Of a stretch of DNA of 64,000 bases, positions 14,346 through 30,970 are shown piece after piece. The DNA lies in assembly GCF_009914755.1 (NCBI RefSeq), contig NC_060929.1. The stretch is one strand, 5' to 3'. Source of the DNA: the human T2T-CHM13v2.0 reference genome, Homo sapiens. How positions within the stretch are numbered: position 1 is the stretch's first letter; each line of letters opens with the position of its first letter. The notes beneath the pieces are model-generated. The model was not told the origin of the DNA. It searched no databases and worked only from the letters and a program-made list of their open reading frames with translations. A program made the translations under genes and the position numbers.

Positions 14346-17300
14346 GAGCCGCCATCCCCCTTTCTTATATTGGGGTGTCTGATGGGGGCGTGAGGACCCT
14401 CTGGCTGAAGTCCTGCCTTGCTGGGTTCCATGGTGCACCTCTCTGCAGTGCAGGCTTTCCCAGGAGGCTGAAGCTCAGCTAGAGAAGCTGGGTCAGCAGC
14501 CCTGGGCCTGGTCACCTCCAGGAAGCCTCTCTCCTGGGCTGCAGACCTGGCTTGGGAGTGGTGTGGAAAGTAGGACTGCAGAAGGGTAACGAACAGGGGC
14601 TGTGGGGTGGGCTGGGAGGGGCATCCTAGCTCCACCTCTGCCCAGCTGTGTGACTTCGAGCGGTTGCTTACCCTCTCTGAGCCTCCATTTCCTTGTCTGT
14701 AAAGTGCTCATAGCAGTGACACCTCTTTCAGGGTGTTAGGATTGAGCGTGATGGAGCAGGTAAGGCTCCTGGCACAGCCCCACATGTTCGCAGGAGCTTA
14801 ACGTTGGCCGCCAGTAAGGGAGGTTATGATATGTGTTGGGATATGCTGCTTTGTTCCTTTTGAGTGTCTGTGATCTGAGCCTAAGGAAAAAATAGTTCTG
14901 GATGGATTTGACTCTGTCATAGGCAGATTTGGGGATAGGGTGGGCAGAGAGCCCCATTTTGGGAAGATTTGTGGCCACTGCATAACATTCTGTGTGATGG
15001 ACCTGACAGCCTTGGTGTGCGTGAAGAGCCTCAGTGGGACTGTCAGGACTGTCCCGTCCTTGGGACGGGAGGGTGGCAGGTGACCTGCCGTGTTCCCCAC
15101 ACAGCCCCACCCCCAGGCTGTCTGGTATGTTTGCTCGGTAAGCCCTTTTTTTCAGAGCTGGTACAAAGGTAAACTCGCAACTCAGGCCCTGTTGGAAGAA
15201 GGACACATTCTCAACAAGTGAGGTCTAAGTTCCTGAGGTTTTCTGTTGGGCCTTCCCTGCCAGGGAACCCAGAACAGATTCACAAGTTGAGAACCAGGGA
15301 GTGAACCAGTAGTGCTTAATGCTTTGTTTCCTTGTTGATTGACGGATGATCTGTGAGCTACTTCCAAGAAAGATCACTAGAGGCTGCTTGTGATACTAAA
15401 ACACATATAAAATGGATGAAAACAAACACAGACAGAAAACTATTGAAAAGGAATGGAGAAAGGGATGTGCAGGGCATCTGGCAAATGTTAGCTGTCTTAG
15501 GTGATCACAGAGGGGCTGCGGAGATGGGGGATGAGGGGCCCAGGCTCTGGAGCCCAGCAGCTGTGTGCTGAAGTTCCCATTCACCCCCTTATTAGCTCTG
15601 TGGGCTGCAGCAAGTGACTGGCCTCTTTGGACCTCAGTTTCTCATCCGTATAATGGGGGGAATCTAGGTCATGGTGCTGTGGTAAGGTTGAAATAATGGC
15701 ATGTAACGCAGACATGGCATGTCTCATAAATGGAAGTTAATGTTATTAATGCATTTAGCTTGGAGATGCCGCGTAGCAGATTCACAGAGGGGAAGGTAAT
15801 TGGCAAGGGCACAAGGCTCTTGAGTACCTGCTGTGGGTAGGAGATGGCTTGTGCCTTGGAAAGCTTTCAGTGAAGTTGGGAGCCCCATGTTCTAGTTGCA
15901 AGAACAACTGATACCTGGTGTTGCGTGGTGGGATGTGGAGCAGGGGAGCTCAATCAGGACTTTAGAAATCCAGAGCAGGCTTGTTCACCTCCCTGCTGAG
16001 GCTGGCATTGGAGGAGGAGGGACAGGGTTTTAATGGACAAGAAAATGGACCAAGGTAAATGAGAGTGGGGCACACCAGACGGCACAAGCCAGGAGGTCCT
16101 TTCCTCTCTCTGGGTCTCAGTGTCCCCAGGGGCTTACTGCAGGGTAGACTGTGCTCTCTGTGGCCCTGCGACTCTGAGCCAGACCTCCAACAGTCTCTTT
16201 CCCGGTGGTGGTGGTCCTGGACTCTGGGGTGACTGACAGGCGGCAGCTTGGCTCCTGGCCAGGCAGCACTGTGGGGGTGATGGGGGATGGGGCATGTAGC
16301 AGATTCCAGCAGAGGAAGGGATTTGCTTCTGGTCTCGGCCTCCCAGGGATGTAATCACGCTGGAGAAACTCCCGCACAGCTGGGAAGCAAATGTGGAGGA
16401 TTTTCCTTGCTGAGCTGGATGTGGTGGGTGGGGCAGGCTGTGGTAGGGTGGCTGGTGGAGCTGGGAAGCTGTGGGGTGTGGCTGGGTGGGGGTGATGATG
16501 TGACTGTGCTGGGGGTGTGACTGGCTGGGAGGGGCTGGATCAGCTATGGGGAGTGGCCCTGGGTGCATGTGGGGCTACCTGTTCCCCAGGCCTGCAGCCA
16601 CTGCTACGCCCTCCCCTGCTCAGGTCCCTGCCCAAGTCCAGGTACCCACCCATTCACATCCTTCTGAGGTTGCTGGCAGAGCTCTTTCTGCACTGACCTC
16701 CTCTCAGCCCCCACCCCATGTGCATGTGGCCCAGATGCCTATGATGATGCCATTTGAGCCTGTCATGTGCATGTGAATGTGGTGTGTGTGTTGGGGGGGC
16801 AGGGAGCAGTGTGTGGTCCACAGAGGGCATTGTCAAGAGTGACCTAGGCTGGAAATAAAATGTGGGCTGGGTGAGCATTCAAGGCCCTGGGCACCTTCCC
16901 CCATTCACTGCAGCCATGTCGTACCAGAGACATAAAACCTTGGGTTCCAGAGACCTCTAGAAACCCTTGTGGAAAGGTCATGGTCGCCACTGCATTTTCA
17001 GTGCCTAGTGGCATGCTTGGCACCTAGTGGTGCTCAGTAAATACAGGATGAGGAAACAGGTCGTTTGCTTGTTCCGCACTCCCAGAAAGATCTCGAACCT
17101 CCTTCCTGGATCCCATTCTCTTGCTCCTTCCCTCTGGCGTCAGCCTGGCCTCCCTTCCTCTCTCTTTCTCAATTCACTACTAATTTGATATGTGGCCTTG
17201 GGCCAGTTCCTTCCTGAGCCTCACTTTCCAAATCTGTTACTGAGTAATCATTTTATTAGCTTATATTACCATGTGCCAGGCACTGAGCTCAGTGTTTTAC

Positions 17301-17461
17301 ATGCCTCATCTCTCTTTGTCTTGGTAGCTGCCCTGCAAGATAGATAAGTAGTATAAACCCCATTTTAGATTTAGTGAAACTGAGGTTCAGAGAGGTTGAG
17401 AGATTTGCTCAAAGGTCATGAGGCTGGTAAATAATGGAGCCAACATTCAAGCCCCAGCTGG

Positions 17462-18025
<564 letters not shown>

Positions 18026-18804
18026 AGATTCAAAGATTCAAGCTCAGGCAGGCTAGCTCCAGTCTCGGCCTTTAACTGTTATGCTAGCTGTCACCACTAG
18101 AGTGAAATAGAAGGGTGTGCACAGCCCTTCTAAGGAGGCCTGCTGGCGCACAGTAGGCATGGTGTACATGTGAGTTGGGTTACTGGGCACAATTCACCAT
18201 GAAAGGCATGGCTTGCTCAGTCTCCATACCTGCTTTTATGGAGCTCTTGGTCTCATTCCTGGAGCCCACCCATTCATCACAGGCCCAAGCCGGACCCCCT
18301 TCCCTGGTCCCAGTCTCTGGACAGCTTGCTCCTGTAAGAAGGCCCTTGTACCTCTGCCCCTTTTCTCTTATGGGTCCGGGGCAGCATTTTCAGGTGGGGA
18401 TGTTAGATAGAGTGACTTCAACTCCAGAGCAGTGGCCACGGTTACCGTGGTATTTCCCGAAAGTGCAGCGTTGCCATGGCGTCTCCATGACGACCAGAGC
18501 ATCTCATTCATTATCCTCAGCACCTTGGCAGGGAAAGCTGGGACTAGGGCTAGGGGAGTGCAGTGGGAGCCTGGCTGAGGGCTGTGGGCCACTGGCCTTT
18601 GTGGCTGAGGTTCCCCTCATGCCCCTGCCTACCCCAAGCCAAGGTTCCTCTGCAGGCTCTGGAGTTATCTCCCACCCATGGGTTCTGGGTTCACATTTCA
18701 GCTCTGCCACTGAACAGTTGTGTGATGTTGGGCAAGTGACAACCTCTCTGAGCCTTATTTTACTCAACTGTAAATGTGGATAACAATATTAGTTGTAAGG
18801 ATTA

Positions 18805-19162
<358 letters not shown>

Positions 19163-21154
19163 TCATAATGATGATAATTATAATGTTGTTGGTGTTATTT
19201 TTATTGTAGGAACCCTTGGGTTTCAGGGAGGAATGAAAGACCAAACTCAAAGTCAGGAAGGAAACCCATTTGAGTCAAGATTTGGTGGTTTCCATGTGAC
19301 TGTGGCAAGTCACTTCACCTTGAAGTCTTTGTCTCCTTATCTGTAAATTGGAAATAATAACAGCTGCTCATTCATTCATATCCTGAGTATTCAATAAGGA
19401 CCTGACCCTGGGAAAAGTGGGAGCTTCCACGATGAATCAGACTTGGTTCCTGCCCTTGAGTGGCACCCGGGCACTGGGGGAGGAGGAAGAAAGGACACTG
19501 TTTTGTGCTGAGGGCTGTGTGTGCCGGGTGCTGGTGAGGGCCTGTGCAGAGGTCAGTAAGCCCTGGTCCTGCCCCACAGATCTGCAGGCTACAGGAGGTA
19601 GAGCCATGTGCAGGAATGCCCCCAGTTTACTCTGCACAGACCACATGCTCAGGTGCACCCAGGGGCTGGGCAGGAAGCCAGATGAAGGAAAGAGGTTGGC
19701 TGTGAGACTGTACATAGAGATGCTGATGGTGTTAACTGCAGGATACACAGCCCATTTGAGGCTGGCACTCTAAGTGCCTCAGCTGATGGTGGCAGGTGAG
19801 GATGTGTGCCCAGTGTCACCAGAACTTGCCCTCTTTAGAGACAAGTTAGAAGTTCTGACTTTTATATAAAATCTCCTGATTTAAAAATGTTGCTAACGAA
19901 TCCCAAATTAAAGAAAAATACTGTGCAAGCCAAAGAGCACAGTCTGCATTTTGTTTGGGCTCCAGGGTCCTGGTTTTCAGCCTCTGCACCGTGGAGTGGG
20001 GATGAGGCGGGAGCCTGAGGAATGAGACTTAGGAGTGGGAGAGGGGGCAGTGGTTGGTGATGACTTCAGAGGGGTCATGACTTTGGAACCTGGATCTTGA
20101 AAGATGAGTAAGTGTCCCAAGGGGTCCGGGGAGGCATTCCAGGCAATGGGAATTTCATCAGCAAAAGCCTCAATGCTTCCCCGAGATTGGTGACTGGCTG
20201 GGTGAGGCTGGAATTTAGGGGAAACTGCTGGTGATGTCTGCAAGGCCCAGCAGGCCCAGGGTGGTGGGGGTCATTGAGGCCTCAGCCCCAGCTGTCCTTG
20301 AGGCCTTGGTGGCTGCAGGGGGACTAGAAGCCCCTCAGTTACTTACCTCTTGAGCCACGGGAGTTCTGGAGTGCAGGCGGGTGAGGAGGGCCTTGGGTGG
20401 AGGGTGGCAGCCTCTGAGTGGGTTGCAGAGGGGCTGTGCTGGAAGCCCCCTTTGCCAGCCGGCTGAGTGGCTGGCACTTTGCTACAAAGCAACTGGCTTC
20501 CCCCCACCCACCCCCACCCCAGGGTATTTGGCCTTCTCTGAGGACAGGGGCTACCTTGCTCTCCCTCTGCCCTGGGTTTTGCCATGGCCTTATCTTCAGC
20601 TTCTTGGCTTCTATCCAGGCAGCCAGCCAGCTCCCAGTAAGGGCCACAGCCTCCAAAGATAGGGCTACTTTTCAGACATGCTGTGAGAGGAGGACGGCAG
20701 CCCTGGCTGCCTGGCCCTCTGTGTAATAAGTGTGTGTGGTGCCTGCCTGCCTCAGCCCTTGCTCTCCCTCTGTGAAATGAGCTGCCCTCCCCTGCCTGAG
20801 TCCTGGGGCTGTCAGACTCTCAAGAGAGGGATGAGCTTGAAAGTGCTTCGTGAGCTAAGCTGTGATCCACATCGTGAGGGATTGTCATAAGTATGTTAAA
20901 TAAGCAACAGGGGTGCGTGATAACAGCAGCTGTGTGCCAGGCGTGGTTCTGAGCATCTTATGTATCAACTCATTTAATGTTCACAACCTTGGGAAGTAGG
21001 TAGAATTTCCATTTTACATGCTAGGAAACTGAGGCACTGAGAAGTTAAATAACTTGCCCAAGATTACATAGCTACTAAATGGTGGAGCTTAGTTTTGAAT
21101 CGAAGCCACTTGGCTCCAGTCTGCACGTGTAACCAGTAGGGTCCATCAATCTAG

Positions 21155-21500
<346 letters not shown>

Positions 21501-21515
21501 CCATTATGACATTTT

Positions 21516-21518
<3 letters not shown>

Positions 21519-21562
<44 letters not shown>
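21519..21562. repeat. (GT)n microsatellite
   Basis: ~22 GT units. Confidence 0.95.
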
Positions 21563-21565
<3 letters not shown>

Positions 21566-22210
21566 GCTTTATTGTTTAGATTTTTAGTTTTACATTCACA
21601 GCAAAATTGAAAGGAAGATACAGATATTTCCCATATGCCTTCTTCCCCTGCACACACACACAGCTTCCCCCATTATCAACATCCCCCACCACAGTGGTAC
21701 TTTTCTTTTTTTTGAGATGGGGTCTCGCTCTGTCGCTCAGGCTGGAATGCAGTGGCACAATTATGGCCACTGTAGCCTTGACCTCAGGGGCCCAAGTGAT
21801 CCTCCTGAGTAGCTGGGTCTACAGGCACATGCCCTGACACCTGGCTCATTTTTTTTTTTTTTTGTAGAGATGGGGGTCTTGCTATATTGCCCAGGCTGGT
21901 CTTGAACTCCTGGCCTTAAGTGATCCTCCTGCCTCGACCTCCCAGGGTCAGGGGACTGCAGGTGTGAGCCACTGTGCCCAACCCAGAGTGGTAAATTTGT
22001 TGCAACAGATGACCCTGCATTGACACATCCTTATCACCCAGAGTCCATAGTTTACTTTCGGGTTCACCTCTGGTAGTATGCATTCTGTGGGTTTGGACAA
22101 ATGTATAATGACATGTATCTACCATCGTCGTCTCATACACAGTAGTTTCACTGCCAAAAAAATTTTCTTTGCTCCGCTGATTCATACTCTCAACCCCCAA
22201 CCTCTGGCAA
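21563..22210 (-). mobile_element. Old L1 3' end (L1MC1-like) interrupted by an AluJ-like element (~21701-21983)
   Basis: acagcaaaattgaaaggaagatacagatatttcccatat...gggtttggacaaatgtataatgacatgtat; Alu flanked by agtggta repeats. Confidence 0.75.
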
Positions 22211-23326
22211 CCGTGTGCATTTTTTTAATGCGCATATTTTTTATGTCTGAAAAATGTCAGATTCCCACAGGGTTTCGTGGCTCCCACATTCCTGAGACTC
22301 TGAGCTGCATCATTCACACTCTGAAAGATTGTTAATCTGATAGAGGGTCACTGACCACAGCACTCAAGCCTGCGAGGAGTGGCTGGTGGCTGCTCTCCTC
22401 CGCTTCCATGGGATTGGGTGGCCAACGTGGGCAGGGCGCCATCAGGGCATCCCCACCTCCTATCCACTGTGCTTCTGTCCTGGCCCTAGGCCAAGGGGTG
22501 GGGCTGGGCTGCGGCCACAGGCTGCCCTTATCAATGGTAAATGGGACACCTGGGTACCCTGAGTGTAAACAGGACCAGTCACCCCAGCCTTCCTGGCTCT
22601 GCCCAGGACACCTGCTCCTTCTTGCCCTGCTCTCAGCTAGAATTGCAGGGAGTCCCTGGAAAGTGCCACACATGCTCTTATCTCCAAGCTGTGGTATGTG
22701 CCATTTCCTCTGTCTACCCCTGCCCAACCCTTACTTTTTCTTCTGGTCAGCTTAGGTACCCTTCCTCCAGGAAGCCTTCCCTGTCCCCTCCTTCCCCCTG
22801 CCAGAAGAGTTAAGGACCCCTGAGCTCTCCCAAACCCCCATCCCATCCCCGTCTGTCACACTTATCCCCCTGCATTGCAGATGCCTATTTTCTTGGCTGC
22901 CTCTGGTTCCTCAGGGTACTGGCACTGAAATGTAGAATATCAGAGGTGAAGGAGCCCCCGGAGATCACCTGCCCCAACCCCCTTGTAACATGCAGGAAGC
23001 CCAGAGGGAGCCACACAGTGCATCATGGCAGAGCTGAGACCAGACCTGTTGTCCCAGTCACCTCCTCATTTCACAAACAAAAAGCGGAAATAAAAATCAC
23101 CCAGAGATAATCACTGTTAATGTTTCTTTTTTTGCATTTAGCACCAGTTTCTAGCCTATGCACAAAAATATTTAACTAAATTATGACCGCACGTACAAAC
23201 TGTTTTATAAATGTTTTTGACTTTGACAATACATACGGTAATTATATTTCTATGTCAGTACATGTCCTTCTCCAACATATTGTAAATGGCTGCCTAGGAT
23301 TTCATCATATGCTTGTATTATAATTG

Positions 23327-23636
<310 letters not shown>

Positions 23637-23968
23637 TAAATACAATCTCCCATTGTTTGGGATTTGCTGTTATAAGCAGCACTAGGATTTGTGTTCTTGT
23701 GGAAAAATCTTTACACACTTCTGCAGTAATACCTCTAGGATAAATTCCTGGAAGTGCAGCTGTCGGGTCTGGAGCATGCTGTACCCATGCTGAGCACATC
23801 ATATAGTCTTGGAGCTGGAAGGGATTTCAAAGATCTTTACCCTCTAGGCTGGGCCCAAGCCTTGAATTCCCCCCTGGCCTCTTTAGCCCTGGCTCTTACA
23901 CCTTCCATCTAGACCTGGGCAACTCTCCTTCTAGCTTTGAGCTGCTGTGACTGATAGTTGCTCCTTGG

Positions 23969-24255
<287 letters not shown>

Positions 24256-25411
24256 AGTTGCTCCTTGGGTTGCTGGGAAATCTCACTTCTTGTGACTTCA
24301 TTACTATTTAAGGGAGACTGGTAGACTGTGTTTGGGGTTGCTGTTTGGGATGAGACAATTGGGGCCTTTGTGTCGTGTATGTACGTCTTCGTTAACTCTT
24401 TCCAGTGAGATGAGTATAGGAGGCGTGGCCTGGGTGCAGGCGGTGCGGGGGGTTCAGGCTGAGGGGGAGGCTGGAACCCAGAGTTATGGCTGCCTGGGTG
24501 GACAGAAGGTCCAGGGCGGGGGAGGCCTCCCCTCTGCATCCTGTGGTGGCAGTATGGCGATCCTCAGGAAGGCTATTTGGTCATCTGTTGTCCTGGGCTG
24601 CTGTGTGCACCTGTGGGTACGTACCCCGAGGATGAGAGATACCTGGTTGCATTATGGGCAAATATGACAGCTGCCATGTTTCTTGTGCCAAGCTCCTCAG
24701 ACATATTTACTTAACGCTCAGCTACAGCCATGAGCTACAGGGGTGCTGGTGTTACAGATTAGCTCACTGATGCTTTAAAGGTGTAATGGTCACCTGAGGC
24801 CTTCTCACACAGCTAAGGCACACATGCCCTGCAGCCTGCTAATGAATCCTGGCTTGGCTTCATTCTGAGTCTTCAGAATGAAAAGACTGATGGAGACTCA
24901 GTCTTTTCATCTATCATATGGGGCTGCTGGGCTCATTCAAAGAGAGCAACGGGTTAGGAAGGGAATGGAATATGGTGAGGATGTGGTATTCAGTCGTGAT
25001 TTAGAATTCTACCTCTAGTTCCCAGGCTGTGCAAATGTTTATCATCTCTCCCCATCCGTCCTGCTCCTGGATTTTTCTTGGCCTAGTCTTGGACTCTGAT
25101 AATGATCAAAAATAGCAACTCCAATTTGTAGATACCATATGCTAGGTACTGCTTTAAGTCGTTTACAAACGTTGTTGGACTTAATCCTCCAACCCCTTAT
25201 GAGATGGGTTCATATTATTTATTGTCTGCCCCATTTTACAAGTAGGGAAACTGGGGCTCAGAGATATTAAAGAGCTTGCTCCAAATCATGCAACCTTGGT
25301 TCGGCAGCCGTACTTGCATTTGGGCATTCCTAGGTCAGCTCCTGTGTGTCCACAGTTAGCTGAACCCTGAAGCCCGCACTCTGACGCTCCTGTTCTCTCC
25401 ACTCTCCACAG

Positions 25412-26386
<975 letters not shown>

Positions 26387-27109
26387 TAGGTGTAATGGTA
26401 GCACCCGCCTCCTGGGGTTGTTGGGAGGGTTAAATGAGTGAGTATATGTAAAGCACTGGGAGCATGCGGTGCCCACTGCCTGGCAAGTGCTTTGTAAGTA
26501 TTAGGGGAGCGTGCCAGGGGGATCGCCTGCTGTGCGTGGGGTCCAGCACACAGCAGGTGCTTGCCTAAAGGAGGCCACAGAGTAAGTGTGAAGTCAGAGG
26601 AGCATGCTCTGCTAGGTGCCCCAAAATCTGTCAAGGCAATCTCCCCTAGGGAGGGCGTGTGCACCCATTTTTCAGATGAGCAAACCAAGGCTCCGGGTGT
26701 TAAGTTACTTATGTGAGGTTTTGCAGCCTGTAAGTGGAGAAGCCGAGATTTGAACCTAGACATAGACAGTTTGGGCTCTCTATCCCATGCTCTTCCCTCT
26801 TGGTGGTGGTGGAGTATGGCGTTAATATACCTCCTGACCCAGAGCCATTTTGCATGAGGAGAAAGAGGAGAATGAAATCCCACTGGCAGATGGGGAGCTG
26901 CTCTGGGCTTTATGGGGCTTCCAGAATGACCGCCGGGATTGGGGTCCTTGCAGGAAGGGTGTCCCAGAGAATCTGTCCTTGGCGGGGGGAGGTTGGGAAT
27001 GGTGGGCGGGGGATCCAGAGGCTGTGGTCAGAGAAGTCTGACCTGCAAGATGAAAGCAGACACTAGCTGGGACTCTTAGTTGGATGCTTTGGAGGTGGCA
27101 GGGAATTTG

Positions 27110-27500
27110 TTCCTTCATTCAACAAATATTTACTGAGCACTCACAGTGTTTGTGGTCCTGTGCTAGCGGTGATCGAAGTGGACAAAGTCCCTGCTGTCAT
27201 GGAGCTGGCATTTCAGTGCTTTGGGAGTGGGTGGGTGACAGGCAGTGAGCAAATAAACACAGGATGGGGCAGGTGTGATCAGTACAAAAAGAAACAAAGC
27301 AGGGAAAGGACACAGAGGGTAGTGGGGGTGGGAGCTTGACATTATTTTAGGAAAGTCGTCTTTGATAAAGTGACCTGAAATAAATGAGGGGAGGAGCCAT
27401 GTGGCTTTCTGTGCAAAGAGTCTTCCAGGAAGAAGGGACGTTAAGTGCACGAGTCCTAAAGCAGCCTCTTGCTTGGTGTGAGCCAGGAGAGGAGGAGCGG
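27110..27500 (-). mobile_element. L2 fragment
   Basis: ttcattcaacaaatatttactgagcac...gacaaagtccctgc. Confidence 0.7.
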
Positions 27501-29222
27501 GAGATGGGTCAGAAGTGGCCTGTGTCCGCTGCTGGGTGCCCGTTTGTGCCAGGCCTTCCTGGTGCACTTGCGCACTGGGCCCTGTCTCCTGGAGGGCTTC
27601 TCATGGCGTGTTCTTTCACACCCTAATACAGCAGGAAGCTCTGCCACTGAAAGGTATTGTGAGCCAAGAATTTGAAGGCCCTTAGAAGTCCTGCAGTAGA
27701 GCAACCAGTGAGATTTGTTCTCAACTGGCTTGATCACAAAACCCTTTCTTTTACAGAGCACCCTCAGGGGAACGCTGGCCTGGTTTATGGCTTTACAATG
27801 ACATCAAGTCAGATTATCTCCATTGTCTGGTTGTCTCTTTTCTCTTGGACTCTGTACCCTTTCCTGCCATGAACTTCGTTAAGTTCTATTCAGAGTCCCA
27901 GGCCTGAAAAGCGTCAAGAGGCTGACGTTTATTGAGTGCTCACTCAGTGCCATGCACCGTCTACATGCGTTGTGCAGATTCACGCACTTCACACGAAGGC
28001 AGGTGGCTAGCAGCCTGATTTAAGATAGGAGGAAACTGAGGCAAAGGAGGATAAGCAATGTGTCCAAGCCTACGCCTCTGATGAGTATAGGTCTGGGATT
28101 TGAACTCAAGCAGTCCGGCCCCAGAGGCCTTAGTCTTAACCACGATGTGATGAGTCCAGGAGCCTCACATACCACTTATTCAGGAGAAGTGACATCAGAG
28201 GCCACACCCAGTGCACAGAGCTCCCACAGTCTTTGGGGACCAGGCGGTGGGCTGTGGCCATTGGGCGTAATTGGTACAATGGAGCTTGGGCGCTGTCTGG
28301 CCCCAATTCCTTGCTCTGCAGAAGGTAAACAGGAGGCCTAGGGAGGGGTGCGGGCATGTTCAGAGTCTCATCGTGGGGCCAGTGGTAATTCCAGGACTTG
28401 GTGCTCTTCCTACCCTGTTGCCTAGGACAAGACTATCCTTGGTTTTGAGCAGAGGCCTGTGATTTTCTGCTCAAATGCATGCCCTCTGGTGGTCAAGGCA
28501 CATCTTTCCACTCTTTCTGCAAGACCAACTTCCCCGCTGTGTGCTGGGCTTGCCAAGTGGGGATTGTCTGTGGGCTCCAGGGATCTGAAAACTCATTTTC
28601 CAGTTCCCACTGATGCTGGATTCCCAGGGCAGTGTGAGAGCAGGGACTTAAAAGTCCAGACAGGTTCAAATCTCTCTGTCATTTAGAAACAGAGTGACTT
28701 GGGTAAAATGCTCAACTCATCTGCAAAGTGGGGCTAATTACAGCTGCTGCCTCACTGGTCTGTGTTGAAAACAAGACAGTGGGTGGGGAGCACTGAGCCC
28801 ATTGCCTGGTACCGGAGCCACTCAATAGATGGTAGCTATCGTGCTTTGTCATCTCCAGGTTCAGTAAACAGCAGTGGTAGCACTGTGTCCGTCTTGTGGC
28901 CCTGACCAATGTGTGCCCCTGTGAGATCCTGGAGGGTGGTGGGAATAGGGTCATCCTCATCTGGATCCCTACTTCCTGGCACTGTCGTGCCTCAACCTTG
29001 AAATTCCAGGTGACCTGGGGCTAAACACACCCTGGCAGGGGTCTGGCAAGGAGTACCTGACCTCTTTCATTGAGCACTTACTGTGTCCCAGTCACTGAGC
29101 TCGGTGCTTTGCAGGCATTTCATGGCTAATTCTCACAGCTATCCTGTGAAGTAGGCACTTTATTTTCAGATAAGGACCTGAGGTTCAAAAAGTTAAATGG
29201 CTTGTCCCGAATGACATAGCTA

Positions 29223-29447
29223 CAGGTTGAGTGTCCCTTGTCTGAAATGCTGGGGACCGTAAGTGTCTCAGATTTTGGAATGCTTGCATTCTACTTACCA
29301 GTTGAGCATCCCTAGTCTGAAAATCTGAAATCCAGAATGCTGCAATAAGCATTTCCTTTGAGCATGACCTTTAGAGGTCACATTGGTGCTCAAAAAGTTT
29401 TGGATTTTGGAGCATTTTGGATTTTCAGATTAGAGATGCTCAACCTG
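29223..29447. mobile_element. Tigger4/MER46-family MITE inserted in a MIR
   Basis: Terminal inverted repeats CAGGTTGAG...CTCAACCTG, TA on the left flank. Confidence 0.8.
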
Positions 29448-30369
29448 TGGTAAGTCATAGAGCCAAGATCTGACAGTCAAGCTTGTTGTTTCTAACCCAG
29501 CCACAGGAGCAAATGTGCTGACAGGGAGCCTGAGGCTCAGAGAGGAGATGTAGGATTCCCAAGGTCCCCCAGGTAATGGTGAGGTCTGTGCTTGGCCTCC
29601 ACCTCTGCGTTCCCGAATCAGGGCTCCTCCTCCCTCTGCCTGGGGGACCCCATTGGAAGACTTGGTGTCTCCGGAGTGGGTACTCAGTGGTGAGGAGCAA
29701 GAGGGATTTCCACTGCTGTGGGGTGAGGCCTGCAGTGAGGCCAGCCTCTCGGTGCTGAGGCCCTCTATTCCCTTCTTGCCTGGTTCATTTCATTGCCAAT
29801 GGATAGGCCATCAGTGACTTGGCTTCCTCCCTTCCTGGATGGCTGGGCAGCTGACTGAGCCTCCAGCACCTGGCAGTCAGCTCAGGGTCGGGACTTTGAA
29901 ATGGGATCCCTCAGCACCCGCGGTCCAGTGTGGCATCCCAGGCCTCAGCAGGCGATGGACAAGGCCTGAAATGTCTCTGGCCCCTACCGCTTTTGTCCCC
30001 ACACAGCCCAAGTAGTTCCCAGCCTTGGTCAGGGCTGTCTTAGGAGTCGTGAGCAGCCTGGAGTTGGGGAGGTAGCTGAGGACTGGTCTGTGCGCTGGGC
30101 CTCAGCACCCCAGGCTGGCTCAGGACAGGGTGGGGAGGTACTCTTGATGTTTGGAGAATCACATGCAGGCTACTTAATGTGGTTTACAAGGCCAGGGCCC
30201 TGCAGAGCCTTTTTGGGAATTAGAGGAGATGAGTGAAAGGCGCTCTTCTGGACAGGTACAGCTCTGCAACGGGCACAGGCTCAGCTGAGACTTTACCCTG
30301 CCCCCGCCACTGACCTGCGCACCCCTGTGTGTGCTCCCTGAGCAGCTCTCCTGGGGGCCCCACACATGA

Positions 30370-30970
30370 CCCCATCTCCCCCTCCAAACTCATTTTGCTT
30401 TGCCCTGCCCCACTCACTCTCCAGGCAGCAGCCACATGGATCTTTTTAAAATGCAAATTAGAACCTGTCATCCTTTGATGGAGTCTTTGAGGGCTTCCTG
30501 CTGCTGCTTCAATCCTCCAGCACCCTGCAGGCCTGGCTCCAGCTGACCTATCTGCCTCATCTCCTCCTTTCCCTCTTGGTCACTCTGCTGTCTTCTTGCT
30601 ATTCCTTGGTCATGCTGAGGCCTGTCCTACCTCAGGGCCTTTGCACTTGCTATTCTTGGCCTCTACCTTTCCCTTTGTTTGTGCTTGTTTGTTCTTTAAA
30701 TGTTAGCTCAAAAGTCCCTTTCTCCAGGAGACCTCCTGAGCCCACTAACTGTGCCCAGTAATCTACTGTTCCACAAATATGAACCTCCTCTGTGTAGCAT
30801 GTGCCACACTGAAGTTTTATATTTATTCCTGTGATTTCAGTGAATGTCTCTCTTCCCTCCTTGATTTTAAGGTTCATGAGAGCAGGGGCCATGTCTTTGT
30901 TTTTCTCACTGTATCACTGGCACTTAAAACAGTGCCTGACACAGCAAATAGTTGTGGAATGAACAGATGA
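30370..30970 (+). mobile_element. L2 fragment
   Basis: cctcagggcctttgcacttgct...acagtgcctgacacag...gttgtggaatgaa. Confidence 0.7.

Noticed and set aside
18175-18783. 202-aa ORF
   Set aside because: Non-ATG start, no recognisable domain, ends in MIR sequence
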